This document shows, one piece after another, positions 1 to 10,354 of a stretch of DNA of 64,000 nucleotides. Position 1 is the first letter of the stretch. Every line of letters begins with the position of its first letter. This DNA comes from an uncultured Spirochaetota bacterium (GTDB lineage Bacteria; Spirochaetota; Spirochaetia; SZUA-6; CAVTHK01): NCBI GenBank assembly GCA_963734495.1, contig CAVTHK010000003.1:64001-128000 (forward strand). Direction: 5' to 3'. The notes beneath the pieces are model-generated. The model saw only the letters and a program-made list of their open reading frames with translations, was not told where the DNA came from and searched no databases. Both the position numbers and the translations under genes were made by a program.

Positions 1-61
1 CGGCGGAAACGCGGGCCCCGGGCGGGTGTGAGCGGGACGACATCGCGAAGGAAAAAATTGC

Positions 62-90
62 TTGACCGCAGGAACGGGCCATGATAGCGT
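62..90 (+). promoter_or_regulatory. sigma70-type promoter upstream of RRM gene
   Basis: TTGACC(62-67)-N17-TAGCGT(85-90) with extended -10 TG at 82-83. Confidence 0.55.
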
Positions 91-346
91 CCGGCAATAC
101 CTCAAGTTGAGGCGTATCGATCTGGCTTTCGGTCTGCTGAATTCGAAAATTTCCCCCTGCCTGGGCAGCGTCGAGCTCTCAGATGCCGTGGCCGGTCTGG
201 CCGCGGTCGCGCAAGCACAAGGATCGTCTGTCTCCGCGTGTCTTCCCTGACCCTGCCCCTCTCAACAGCCGCCGAATTGCTCTCACCGTTCTCGAGGAGG
301 CCATAAGCACGGCTTTCGAGGCCGTGATATGGAAAGGAGTAGGGAC

Positions 347-646
347 ATGGGCAACAGGATTTACGTCGGCAACATGAACTACGCGACGACCGAAGACGAG
401 CTGCGGGACCTGTTCGCGCAGTACGGCGAAGTCAAGCGCGTGACGATCGTCACCGACAAGGTGACCGGTCGGCCCAGGGGCTTCGCGTTCGTCGAGATGT
501 CGAGCGACGATCAGGCTTCGGCCGCGATCGCGGGCCTGAACAACTCGCAGTTCGCCGGCCGGCAGCTGCGCATCGACGCCGCGCAGGAGCGGCCGCGCAG
601 GGGCGGCGGCGGCGGCGGCGGCGATCGAGGCGACTACGCCCGATAG
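347..646 (+). CDS. RRM-domain RNA-binding protein with Gly-rich tail
   Basis: RNP2 IYVGNM and RNP1 RGFAFVEM motifs, GGGG tail, AAGGAG RBS before ATG 347. Confidence 0.95.
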   Translation: MGNRIYVGNMNYATTEDELRDLFAQYGEVKRVTIVTDKVTGRPRGFAFVEMSSDDQASAAIAGLNNSQFAGRQLRIDAAQERPRRGGGGGGGDRGDYAR

Positions 647-654
647 CTGAACGC

Positions 655-692
655 CGGGGCGCCGGCGCTCGTCGCGGCCGGCGCCCCCTTCT
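655..692 (+). terminator. intrinsic terminator-like hairpin
   Basis: GGGGCGCCGGC...GCCGGCGCCCC stem followed by CTTCTT right after the RRM stop. Confidence 0.6.
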
Positions 693-838
693 TCCGCAAT
701 CCCCTCCCCGGGAGACCGGGGTCCCCCCTGCCCGGAAAGCCTGTATTCGACGCACCTCCGCAGATCGTACGTTCCCCATGACCTGGCGAACCCCCCGAGT
801 ACAGGGGGTCTACGAGACGCCAAGTCTGAGGGGGAACC

Positions 839-1751
839 ATGGCAGCAAGCGCTCTGAGCGAGCTTTCGAAGGCAATGGCGGACGCGGTCGAGCGGGCGGC
901 TCCGGCCACCGTCCTCGTGGACGGCCGCGACGGCTATCCCGCGAGCGGCGTCCTGTACGGGCCGGGCCTGGTGCTCACGGCGGACCACGTCGTCGAGCGC
1001 GACGAAGGCATCCGCGTGATGCTGGGCGATCGCAGAGAGGCCTCGGGCAAGGTGGCCGGCCGCGACCCGACGCGCGACCTCGCGCTCGTGCGCCTGGCCG
1101 AAGCCGCCGGACAGGCCGCCGGCGTGGCGCCCGAGGCGCCGCGCGTCGGCGAGCTGGTGCTGGCCCTCGGCAGGCCGACGGACGAGGGCATCCAGGCAAG
1201 CGTCGGCGTGGTGGGCATCACGGGCGGCCGCTACCAGGGCTGGCGCGGCGGCTCGGTCGAGGGCGTGATGCGGACGGACGCGGCGCGGTTTCCCGGCTTC
1301 TCCGGCGGGCCGCTCATCGACGTCGAGGGACGGGTCGTGGGCGTGAACACCTTCGGCTTCCGGTTCGGCTCCTCGCTGACCATCCCCGTCGCGTCGGCGT
1401 GGGAGATCGCGTCGCGGCTCGAGCAGGGGCGCGGCGTGCGCCGCGGCTATCTCGGCATACGGAGCCAGCCCGTCGAGGTGCCGGAGAGCGTTTCCCTCGG
1501 CCGCAGGCAGGAGACCGGCCTGCTCATCATCGGGCTCGAGAAGGCGAAGCCCCGCCGATCGCGCGGGCCTGATGGTGGGCGACCTGATCGTGGGCCTCGG
1601 CGGGGAGCCCACGCCCGACCACCAGTCGCTGGTCTCGAAGCTCAACGCGGACCTCGCGGACAAGGAGATCAAAATTGAAGTCGTGCGCGCGGGCAGGGTC
1701 GAGACGATCGCCGTGACGCCCGGCGCTGCGACCGGACCGAGGCGGCGATGA
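839..1751 (+). CDS. HtrA/DegP-like S1C serine protease with PDZ domain (frameshift ~1550)
   Basis: TADH, RDLALV, PGFSGGP triad motifs; PDZ RGYLGI...SPADRAGLMVGDLI continues in another frame to TGA 1749-1751. Confidence 0.85.
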
Positions 1752-2363
1752 TCGCCGCCTCCCGCGACCTGTCGCTGCTCGCGGCCTCGCTCTGCCGCGG
1801 CGTGGTGGTGGTGCGCACGTCCGCGGGCGCCGCGGGGGCGGGGATCGCGTGGGACGGGCTGGTGCTCACCAACCGCCACGTGGTCACCCGCGGAGAGCCC
1901 GTGGTTATCTTGGAGGACGGGACGGAGATGGAGGCGCGCATCGAGATCGTGGACGAGGCCCGTGACCTGGCGCTGCTCCGCGCCGCGGGGCCGGACGGCT
2001 TTCCTCCGATCGCCCTGCCGCGCGCCGCGCCCGGCGCGGTTCGCGTGGGCGAGCCAGTGCGTCGCGATCGGGCACCCCTGGGGCAGCCCGGGCGTCGTCA
2101 CGATCGGCGTCGTCAGCGGGCTCGTGCGCGCCGACTCGGCCGCCGGACCGATCACGCTGATCCGCACGGACGCCGTGCTCGCGCCCGGCAACTCGGGCGG
2201 CCCGCTCGCGAATCTCCGCGGCGAGCTGGTGGGCGTAAACACGATGGTCGCGGCAGGGCGGCCAGGGTCTCGCGATCCCCGTGTGGGAAGCGGAACGGCT
2301 CCTCGGCCGCGCGCGATCCGCGCGCGCGCTGAGCCGGCTCCGGCCGAGGAGATGCTCGTCTGA
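1748..2363 (+). CDS. trypsin-like serine protease without PDZ (frameshifted, end approximate)
   Basis: TNRH, RDLALL, AIGHPWG, PGNSGGP across two frames; ATGA overlap with the upstream gene. Confidence 0.8.
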
Positions 2364-2980
2364 TCCGCGTCGGCCTGGTGGCAGCCAGCCTCGCCGTGCG
2401 CGCCGGCCTCCACGTGCTCGTCGCGGAGCGCCGCAGGATCGAGGTCACCGGCGAAGCGGCGTCGTTCGCGGAGGCTGCCGACCTGGTGCGGCGGTGCGAC
2501 GTCCTGCTCGCCGCCGATCCGGGCGCGCCGGTCCCGGCGGACGCGCTCGCCGGGCTCGAGCCGCCGCCCGCGCTGCTCGTGCTGGCGCGCGGCCCCGCGG
2601 ACGTCGCGCCGCTGCTCGAGCTGCCGCCGCGCGCCCTGCGCGCCTGGGGCGCGGTCGGGCTGGACGCGCCGGCCGCCGAGCTGCGCGCCGCCGTGGCGGC
2701 GCTGGCCGAAGGCCTGAACGTGGCCCCGCGGCCGCTGCTGCAGGGGCTGCTGCGCCGCCCGCGCGCGGCCGACGGCCCCGCCGCGCGCCTCACGCCGCGC
2801 GAGGTCGAGGTGCTCGGCCTCCTCGCCGAAGGCCTCGCCAACAAGCAGATCGGCGCCGAGCTCGGCATCAGCGACCACACCGTCAAGTTCCACGTCGCCT
2901 CCATCTACGCGAAGCTCGAGGCCGCCAACCGCATCGAGGCAGTGCAGGCCGGGCTGCGGCAGGGCCTCTTGAGCGTCTGA
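2360..2980 (+). CDS. NarL/LuxR-family regulator with degenerate receiver domain (start approximate)
   Basis: LTPREVEVLGLLAEGLANKQIGAELGISDHTVKFHV LuxR HTH. Confidence 0.85.
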   Translation: MIRVGLVAASLAVRAGLHVLVAERRRIEVTGEAASFAEAADLVRRCDVLLAADPGAPVPADALAGLEPPPALLVLARGPADVAPLLELPPRALRAWGAVGLDAPAAELRAAVAALAEGLNVAPRPLLQGLLRRPRAADGPAARLTPREVEVLGLLAEGLANKQIGAELGISDHTVKFHVASIYAKLEAANRIEAVQAGLRQGLLSV

Positions 2981-3047
2981 AAGGCGCGACCCGACTTGAC
3001 GACGGCGTCGCGACGGCCGGCGATCGGGGCAGGATGCTCGAAGGGAG

Positions 3048-5616
3048 GTGACGCGGGCGAGCGAGCGACGAACCGGGCGCTGCGCGTGATCGGCCCCGCG
3101 GTGGGACTGGGCTCTTCGCGGCGGCCGTCGCGGTCCTTCACCGCGAGCTGCGCTCCTTCCAGATCGCGCAGATCACGGCGGCCCTCGGGACGGTCCCGCG
3201 GCGGCCGGGTCCTGCTGGCCTGTGCCGCGGCGGCCGCGAGCTACCTGGCGGCCGCCCTCTTCGACGCGCTCGCCATGCTGTCCGTAGGCAGGAGGCTCGG
3301 TTTCGCCAGGGTGGCGTTGGCCTCGTTCATCGCGACCTGCTTCAGCAACAGCATGGGCTTCGGCCTGCTCACGGGCGGCTCCGTGCGCTATCGGCTGTAC
3401 TCGTCCTGGGACCTGTCGCTCGCGGAGATCGCCCGGGTCCTGCTCTTTTTCTCCAGTCACGCTCTGGCTCGGTTTCCTCGCGCTGACCGGCGCCGTCTTC
3501 ACCTTCGAGCCCCTGGCGCTTCCGCCCGGGCGTGAAGCTCCCGTTCGCCGCGGCGAGGCCCCTCGGCATCGTCTTTCTCGCCCTCGCCGCGGGATACCTT
3601 CCCCTTGCTCTCCTGGTCAGGAAGCCGCTGCGCGTCGGCGGCCTGGAGATCTCCCTTCCCTCGGCCCGCTTCTACCCCTTCCAGCTCGGCGCCTCGATCG
3701 CCGAGTGGGCGCTGGCCGGCGCCACGCTCTATGCGCTCCTGCCGCGCTCGATGGGGCTGTCCTTCGCCGCGTTTCTCGGCATCTACCTCCTCGCGCTCAC
3801 GGCCGGGATGCTGAGCCAGGTGCCCGGCGGGCTGGGCGTCTTCGACACGATCCTGCTGCTGCTTCTCTCCGGGCGCGCCGACGTGCCGAGCATCCTCGCG
3901 GCGCTCACGTTGTACCGCGTGGTCTACTACCTGGCGCCGCTGGGAATAGCGGCGCTCTCGCTCGCGCTGTACGAGCTGCTGCACAGGCGGGAGACCGCGG
4001 CGCGGGCGGCGCGCTTTTTCAGCCGGTGGAGCGCGACCATCGTGCCGCCGTTCCTCTCGCTGGCCACGCTGTTCGCCGGCGCCGTGCTCCTGTTTTCGGG
4101 CGCGACCCCAGCGGTCAGGGACCGGATGCGGCTTCTGGGCCGGCTCGTTCCTCTCCCCGTCATCGAGGGATCCCACTTTCTCGGAAGCCTGGCGGGCCTC
4201 GGCCTCCTGCTGCTCGCGCGCGGGCTCCAGCGCCGCGTGGACGCGGCGTACGTGGCGGCGGCGATCCTCCTGGCCGCCGGGATGGTCTTCTCGCTGCTCA
4301 AGGGCTTCGACTACGAAGAGGCCGCGATCATGGGGATCGTCCTCCTCGCGCTGCTGCCGTCGCGGCGGCATTTCTACCGGGTGTCCACGCTCTCGAGCCG
4401 GACGTTCAGCCCCGCGTGGATCGCGGCGGTGGCGGCCGTCGTGGCCGGGACCGTCTGGCTCACGCTGTACTCGCACAGGCATCTGGAAGTCTCGCAGCAG
4501 CTCTGGTGGCGGTTCACGCTGCGCGGAGACGCGCCGCGCTCTCTGCGCGCGCTCACCGGCGTCGTCGTGACCCTCATCGTGTCGGCGGTGTGGGTGCTGC
4601 TGCGGCCGGGGCCGTCGTACCCGGAGCCGCGGCCCGTGGATTGGGGGCTGATCGAGGGCGCGGTGCGCGCGTCGCCGCGGGCGCTGGCCAGCCTCGCGTT
4701 TCTGGGCGACAAGCGGTTCCTGCTCTCCCCCGCGGGCGATGCCTTCATCATGTACGGGGTGGCGGGGGCGTACGTCAGCATGGGCGACCCGGTGGGGCCC
4801 GAAGAAAGGTGGCGCGATCTGGCCTGGGAGCTCCGCGCGCTCGCGGACCGTCACGGCGCGCCGGTCGCTTTCTACGAGGTGGGGGCCTCGAGCCTGCCCT
4901 TGTACCTGGACCTCGGGCTCACGGCCATGAAGATCGGCGAGGAGGCCCGCGTGGCTCTTCCGGGCTTCACCCTCGAGGGCGCCGAGCGCAGGGGGCTGCG
5001 CTACGTCGTGAACAGGCTCGAGCGGGACGGCTGCTCGTTCCAGGTCGCGCCGCGCGAGGGAACACGGCAGCTGCTCCCGGAGCTCGCGCCGGTTTCGAGC
5101 GCATGGCTGGCGGCGAAGCGGATACGGGAACGGGCGTTTTCGCTGGGCAGCTTCCGCGAGGACTACCTCGCCCGGTTCCCGGTGGCCGTCGCGCGGCAGG
5201 GGGAACGGGCCGTCGCTTTCGCGACCATCTGGGCGTGGGACAACAGGGAGGAGGCATCGGTCGACCTCATGCGCCACGTTTCGGACGCGCCCAACGGCAT
5301 CATGGACTACCTCTTCGCGAAGCTCATGCTGTGGGCCCGCGAGCAGGGCTACCGGTGGTTCAACCTGGGCATGGCGCCCTTCGCGGGTCTCGAAGAGCAC
5401 CCGCTGGCGCCTTTCTGGAGCCGGGCCGGAGCCTTCCTCTTCAGGCACGGCGAGCAGTTCTACAATTTCCAGGGCCTGCGGCAGTACAAGGAGAAGTTCG
5501 GCCCCGAGTGGGCTCCAAGGTATCTCGCGGCCACCGGAGGGATGGCGCTGCCCGCCGTGCTCACCGGGCTGGCCACGCTTTCCGCAGGCGGGGTCGCCGG
5601 CGTCGTCAGGCGCTGA
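3048..5616 (+). CDS. mprF: bifunctional aminoacyl-phosphatidylglycerol flippase/synthetase (N-terminal frameshifts, start approximate)
   Basis: multi-TM region (GGSVRYRLYS, VPGGLGVFD), C-terminal MGDPVG, KIGEEA, DLMR, FYNFQGLRQYKEKF motifs. Confidence 0.92.
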
Positions 5617-5680
5617 TATAAAGGGTCCTCCTGGCGGCGCGCGTGCGCGTGCGCTATCCTGCTCCGAGGGGGTGCGGGCC

Positions 5681-6409
5681 GTGCCATTCGACGTGATCGT
5701 GCTCGCGGGTACGCACCTCGTGCGCCAGCAACTGGGTCACTGCCTCGTTCCGCTCGGCGCGCGCATCCGGGAGTTCGCCGCCGCCGAGGAGCTGCTGCCG
5801 CGCATCGAGTCGCTGCCTGCGGACCTCCTGGTCATGGACGCCGACGGCATGGGCCGCTCGTGGAGGCTGCCGGCGCGCGCGGCGCAGCTGCGCGGGAGCC
5901 CGCCCGTCGTGCTGCTCGGCGCGCGCTTCGGCTTCGATGAGGCGCACGACGCTCTCGCGTTGGGAGTCTCGGCCGTCGTGCTCAAGCCGTTCCGCAGGGA
6001 AGAGCACACCGGGCGGCTCTACGATCTCGTGCTCAAGCACAGGCGGATCAAGCCCCGGCGCTCCGAGCCGCGATTCGTGCTGGACGACGGCGCCCCCGTG
6101 CGACTCGATTACCAGGACCGTGACGGCGAAGGGTCGGGGCTCGTTGCCGAGGCGAACCGCGGCGGCATCAGCGTGGCCGTCGCGAGCGGGCGCGAGGACC
6201 GCCTCCCGGCGGGCTCCTTTGTGCCGGAAGCGACCCTCTCCGTCGGCGACACCGTGGCGCACCTTTCGGCCCACGTCGTCCACCGGGCCGACGACAGGGC
6301 GGGCCTTCGCGTGCACGAATGGGGGGAGGGCAGGCAGAAGATGCTTCGACTCTTCGAAGAGCTCGCGTCCCGCGCCTTCGGCGCGAGGAGGGACAAGAGG
6401 AAATGGTAG
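5681..6409 (+). CDS. degenerate receiver + PilZ-like domain protein
   Basis: REC-like N-terminus (DLLVMD...VLKPF); RRSEPRF (RxxxR) and NRGGI resemble PilZ c-di-GMP motifs. Confidence 0.6.
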   Translation: MPFDVIVLAGTHLVRQQLGHCLVPLGARIREFAAAEELLPRIESLPADLLVMDADGMGRSWRLPARAAQLRGSPPVVLLGARFGFDEAHDALALGVSAVVLKPFRREEHTGRLYDLVLKHRRIKPRRSEPRFVLDDGAPVRLDYQDRDGEGSGLVAEANRGGISVAVASGREDRLPAGSFVPEATLSVGDTVAHLSAHVVHRADDRAGLRVHEWGEGRQKMLRLFEELASRAFGARRDKRKW

Positions 6410-7203
6410 GACTCGTGGCTTTCGTTCCGCCCCTGCTGGCCGCCGCGCTGCTCGTCGCCGAAGTCGCGCTTCCGGGCGACCTCATCGTGCCGCTGGCTTC
6501 GTCGTGGCCGATGTATGTCGGCCTGTCCGCGGCTGTGCTCGCGGCCATCCTCGTCGCGGCCTGGGGCCGGCGGGACAGCGCGGTCCTCGCGAGCGCCTGG
6601 CTCTTCCTCTTCTGCGGCATGATGCTGCTGTCGCTCTCCGAGCTGGTCGAGCTGGTCGGTTTCCGGGGCGACGCCTGGGTGTCCGACCTCTTCGAGACCG
6701 CCGCGTTCTTCCCCCTGCTGATCTTTACGGGATATGTGGCCGCCCCGCTGCGCATCCTCGTCGTCGGCCGCAGGCGCACGGCCCTCTATGCGGTCCTCGC
6801 CATCGTGCTGATCCTCGTCGTCGCTCTGCTCACTCTGGCCCCCTGGCTGAGGCCGGGCCCCGGGGCGCACGGCGGCCCGCGCGTGCTCCGTGTCGTCAAG
6901 CCCGAGCTCGACGCCGTGCTGCTGATGCCGCTGGCGCTCCTGCTGCTCGCGCTCGGCGCCGCGCGTCACGCGGCTCCGTACGTGTTCGTCGGCCTGGGGC
7001 TGCTGGCGATGCTCCCGACCGACCTGCTCAATCACTATCACCTCGCGAACGGCCTGGCGATCGAAGAGGAGCTGGCCGCGCTGCTGTCGCTGGTGTCGCA
7101 GCTCTACGTGCTGATCGGGGCCGTTTCGTGCGCGATGGAGGGCATGCGCCGGGCGCAGCGCCTCGACGACGCGCCGGCGGAACAGCCGGCGCGGCCCCGA
7201 TGA
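6403..7203 (+). CDS. polytopic membrane protein of unknown function
   Basis: about 7-8 hydrophobic segments; ATG overlaps the upstream stop. Confidence 0.7.
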   Translation: MVGLVAFVPPLLAAALLVAEVALPGDLIVPLASSWPMYVGLSAAVLAAILVAAWGRRDSAVLASAWLFLFCGMMLLSLSELVELVGFRGDAWVSDLFETAAFFPLLIFTGYVAAPLRILVVGRRRTALYAVLAIVLILVVALLTLAPWLRPGPGAHGGPRVLRVVKPELDAVLLMPLALLLLALGAARHAAPYVFVGLGLLAMLPTDLLNHYHLANGLAIEEELAALLSLVSQLYVLIGAVSCAMEGMRRAQRLDDAPAEQPARPR

Positions 7204-8084
7204 TCCTCGCGCTCGCCGCGGCGCTCTGCATCTCCTCGGCGGCGGCGGCTGCCGCCGACGTTTCAGTGGACTTTGCCGAGCTTCTGCATTTCGACGAGGT
7301 CTACCGCGCCGTCCGTCACGAGACGGTCGCGCAGGTCCTCTCGAAGTGGAGCGGCTACTACAGCAGCCTGCAGGTCGTGGAGCTCGCGGCGACGAGGAAC
7401 CGCTACCTCGTCGGCATCGCCGCCGCCACGGGAAACCAGGAAGTCGTGGTGCGCGGCACGGCGAACATCGTGAACGCGCTGTACGATGCCGAAGCCCGCA
7501 TGGAATGGATGCCGGAGCTCGGCATGAGGGTGCACCGCGGGTTCGCGTCCATGGCGCGGGTGATCTACCAGGACCTGCGGCCGCGCCTCGACGGCAGCCG
7601 TCCCCTCGTGCTGTTCGGGCACTCTCTCGGCGCCGCGGAGGCGGTCCTCGTCGGACTGCTGCTCGCGCGCGACGGCTACCCCGTGCGCCGTGTCTACGGC
7701 AGCGGGCAGCCGAAGATCACCGACGCGGAGGGCGCGGCCAGGTACGCCGGCTTTCCCGTGCTCCGTGTCTCATGCGAGCTCGATCCGGTCCCCCTGCTGC
7801 CCCCGCGCCTTGTGGCGCTGGAGCATCCGTACGTGCACTTCGGTCCGGAGATCATCCTCCTCGACGGGCCCTACTACGCCGAATCGCCCGTGCGCCGCGA
7901 GGCGGAAGCGCGCGCCGGCTCTGTCTGGGCCGTGCTCAAGCAGACCGGAGCGCGGGATGCGATCCGGGACCACCTGATCCCCAACTACCTGGACAAGGTC
8001 CGTGGCAAGCAGAGCGGCGCCGTCGAGGTGCCTTACGCGGACCGGCTCCGCTACACGCGGCCCGAAGGCGCGCCGGCCCCGTGA
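7200..8084 (+). CDS. secreted class 3 lipase
   Basis: signal peptide, VRGT oxyanion motif, HRGF, GHSLG nucleophile elbow, DPVP, late DH. Confidence 0.85.
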   Translation: MILALAAALCISSAAAAAADVSVDFAELLHFDEVYRAVRHETVAQVLSKWSGYYSSLQVVELAATRNRYLVGIAAATGNQEVVVRGTANIVNALYDAEARMEWMPELGMRVHRGFASMARVIYQDLRPRLDGSRPLVLFGHSLGAAEAVLVGLLLARDGYPVRRVYGSGQPKITDAEGAARYAGFPVLRVSCELDPVPLLPPRLVALEHPYVHFGPEIILLDGPYYAESPVRREAEARAGSVWAVLKQTGARDAIRDHLIPNYLDKVRGKQSGAVEVPYADRLRYTRPEGAPAP

Positions 8085-8099
8085 GCGGGTGCGCGCGGG

Positions 8100-9005
8100 T
8101 CACCCGGCGGGCTCCGGCGTCGCGGGCACGAGCAGCACCGGGCACGAGCAGGCCGCGCAGACGCGGCTGCCGACGCTCCCCGCCCAGAACGCGCCCGTTC
8201 CGGCCTTCCCGTGCGTCGCCATCACGACCAGGTCGCTGCGCAGGGAACGCGCGGACTTGAGGATGCGTCTCGCCGGGTCGCCCCGGAGGACGCGCGTCGC
8301 GGCCGCCAGGCCCGCGGCGTTCATTTCGGCCGCCCGCGCGGCCAGGTAATCGCGAGCCTGCGACTCCGACAGATCGAGCACCCGGGCCGCGGTGCCGGGC
8401 AGGAGGCGGCTCGCGGCCCAGCTGCCGCCGCGCAGCGAGCCGAACGTCGGGACAACGGTCAGCAGGTCCATCCTCGCGTCGAACGCCCGCGCCAGCTCGG
8501 CCGCCGAATCGAGAGCCGGCACGTGGGAGGGCTTGCCGTCGAGCGGCACCAGGATGGACCGGCACGCAAAGGGCCCCTTCCAGGCGGGCCGCACCATGAG
8601 CACGGGGACGCGGCCGAGCGCCAGCGACTTCTGCGCGAGGCTTCCGAACAGGGCCTCGCCCACGCCTCTTCGGCCGTGGACGCACATGACGAGCATGTCC
8701 GCGTTCAGCTCGCTGCCGTGCTCCGCGATCCCCCGCGCGACGTTCACCACCTGGCCCGTATCGACGTGGAACCTCACGGTCAGCCCCCCGGGAAAGCGCG
8801 AAGCCGCGAGGCCGGCCAGGTAGCGCTCGGCCGTCTCGGCTGTGTGCAGGTGAGGCTCGCCGTGGATGGTCCGGGGCGGCTCGCGCTCCAGCAGGTGGAG
8901 CAGCGTGACCGACGCCCCGAGCCGCGCCGCGATGGCCGAGGCGAGAGGGAGCGCCGCTTCGGCGGAGTGCGAACCGTCCAGCGGGACGATCAGGTGAGCT
9001 GTCAT
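8100..9005 (-). CDS. tandem-domain universal stress protein
   Basis: two USP repeats (IVPLDGS...MCVHGR...GSLAQK; LVPLDG...MATHG...GSV). Confidence 0.92.
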   Translation of the reverse strand: MTAHLIVPLDGSHSAEAALPLASAIAARLGASVTLLHLLEREPPRTIHGEPHLHTAETAERYLAGLAASRFPGGLTVRFHVDTGQVVNVARGIAEHGSELNADMLVMCVHGRRGVGEALFGSLAQKSLALGRVPVLMVRPAWKGPFACRSILVPLDGKPSHVPALDSAAELARAFDARMDLLTVVPTFGSLRGGSWAASRLLPGTAARVLDLSESQARDYLAARAAEMNAAGLAAATRVLRGDPARRILKSARSLRSDLVVMATHGKAGTGAFWAGSVGSRVCAACSCPVLLVPATPEPAG

Positions 9006-9010
9006 TCAGT

Positions 9011-10309
9011 CTACCTCCCGGTGATCAGCTGGACGAGCAGAAAGATGTTGAGCGCGATGATCACCGCGGCGACGATCGATGCGATCGCCGTGGTCAGGGG
9101 CCTGTTGCGCAGCGGGCCCATCAGGTCGCGGTTGCTGGTGAACACGACGAGCGGGACGACCGCGAACGGCAGGCCGAAGCTCAGGACGACCTGGCTGATG
9201 ACGAGCGTGCGCGTCGGGTCGAGGCCCGAGGCGATCACCGCGAGGGACGGAGCGACCGTCACGAGGCGGCGCAGCCAGATGGGGATGTGCCGGCGCAGGA
9301 ATCCCTGCATGATCACCTGGCCCGCGCTGGTGCCGACCGTGGACGAGCTCAGGCCGGAGGCCAGCAGCGAGACCGCGAAGATGGCGCTCGAGGCGCGGCC
9401 GAGCAGCGGTTCGAGCGTCTTGTGCGCCTCCTCGATCCCCGCGACGTTTGTCATCCCGCCGGCGTGGAACGTGGCGGCCGCCATCATCAGCATCGCGGCG
9501 TTCACGAGCCCGGCCACGCTCATGGCGATCACGACGTCGACCAGCTCGAAGCGGAAGAGGCGCCGCAGCTGCGGGGCGCCGCTCGTCTTGATGCGGTCCT
9601 GCATGAGCGCAGAGTGCAGGAAGATCGCGTGAGGCATGACGGTCGCGCCGAGGATCCCGGCGGCCAGGATGATGCTCTCGGTGCCGGCAAAGGCAGGCAC
9701 CACCGCGTGGTAGGCGACCTTGCCCCAGTCCGGCCGGTCGAGGATGGTCTCCACGAGATAGGAGAGCGCGATGATGCCCACCAGGACCGTGATCGCGATC
9801 TCCAGGGGCCGGAAGCCCCGGCTCTGCAGGCCCAGGATCAGGAACGTGACGATGGCGGTGAGCAGGCCTCCGAGCCACAGCGGGACGCCGAGCAGCAGGT
9901 TGAACCCGATGGCCGCGCCGAGGAACTCGGCGAGGTCCGTCGCCATGGCCACGGCCTCCATCAGCACCCACATGCCGATGACGACCGGCCGCGGGAAGCT
10001 GATGCGGCACTGCTCGGCGAGGTTCGTCCCGGTCGCGATGCCCAGCTTGGCCGACAGGGTCTGGAGCAGCATCGCCATCAGGTTGCTGGCGACGATGACC
10101 CACAGCAGCGTGTAGCCGAACTCGGAGCCGCCCTGGATGTTCGTGGCGAAGTTGCCGGGGTCGACGTAGGCGACGCTTGCGATAAAGGCTGGGCCGAGAA
10201 AGGGAAGAAGGCGGGCGAGGCCGCGGCGGCCTCCTCCTTCCAGCGCCTGGCGGGCCGCGCTCCTGGTCGCACTGTCAGCCTGGTCAGATGCTCGCTCGTC
10301 CACGGACAC
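9011..10309 (-). CDS. mntH: Nramp divalent metal (Mn2+) transporter
   Basis: YVDPGNFAT and ATVMPHAIFLHS signature motifs. Confidence 0.95.
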   Translation of the reverse strand: MSVDERASDQADSATRSAARQALEGGGRRGLARLLPFLGPAFIASVAYVDPGNFATNIQGGSEFGYTLLWVIVASNLMAMLLQTLSAKLGIATGTNLAEQCRISFPRPVVIGMWVLMEAVAMATDLAEFLGAAIGFNLLLGVPLWLGGLLTAIVTFLILGLQSRGFRPLEIAITVLVGIIALSYLVETILDRPDWGKVAYHAVVPAFAGTESIILAAGILGATVMPHAIFLHSALMQDRIKTSGAPQLRRLFRFELVDVVIAMSVAGLVNAAMLMMAAATFHAGGMTNVAGIEEAHKTLEPLLGRASSAIFAVSLLASGLSSSTVGTSAGQVIMQGFLRRHIPIWLRRLVTVAPSLAVIASGLDPTRTLVISQVVLSFGLPFAVVPLVVFTSNRDLMGPLRNRPLTTAIASIVAAVIIALNIFLLVQLITGR

Positions 10310-10354
10310 GATCCTGGACCCTCGCGGGCACTTCGATCAACGGGTCGGGCGCGG

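Noticed and set aside
179-2893. Long antisense and alternate-frame ORFs (e.g. 179-2893, 9287-11509, 27673-29883, 44674-46800)
   Set aside because: Shadow ORFs expected in very GC-rich DNA; they overlap well-supported genes and have Arg/Ala/Pro-rich non-protein composition
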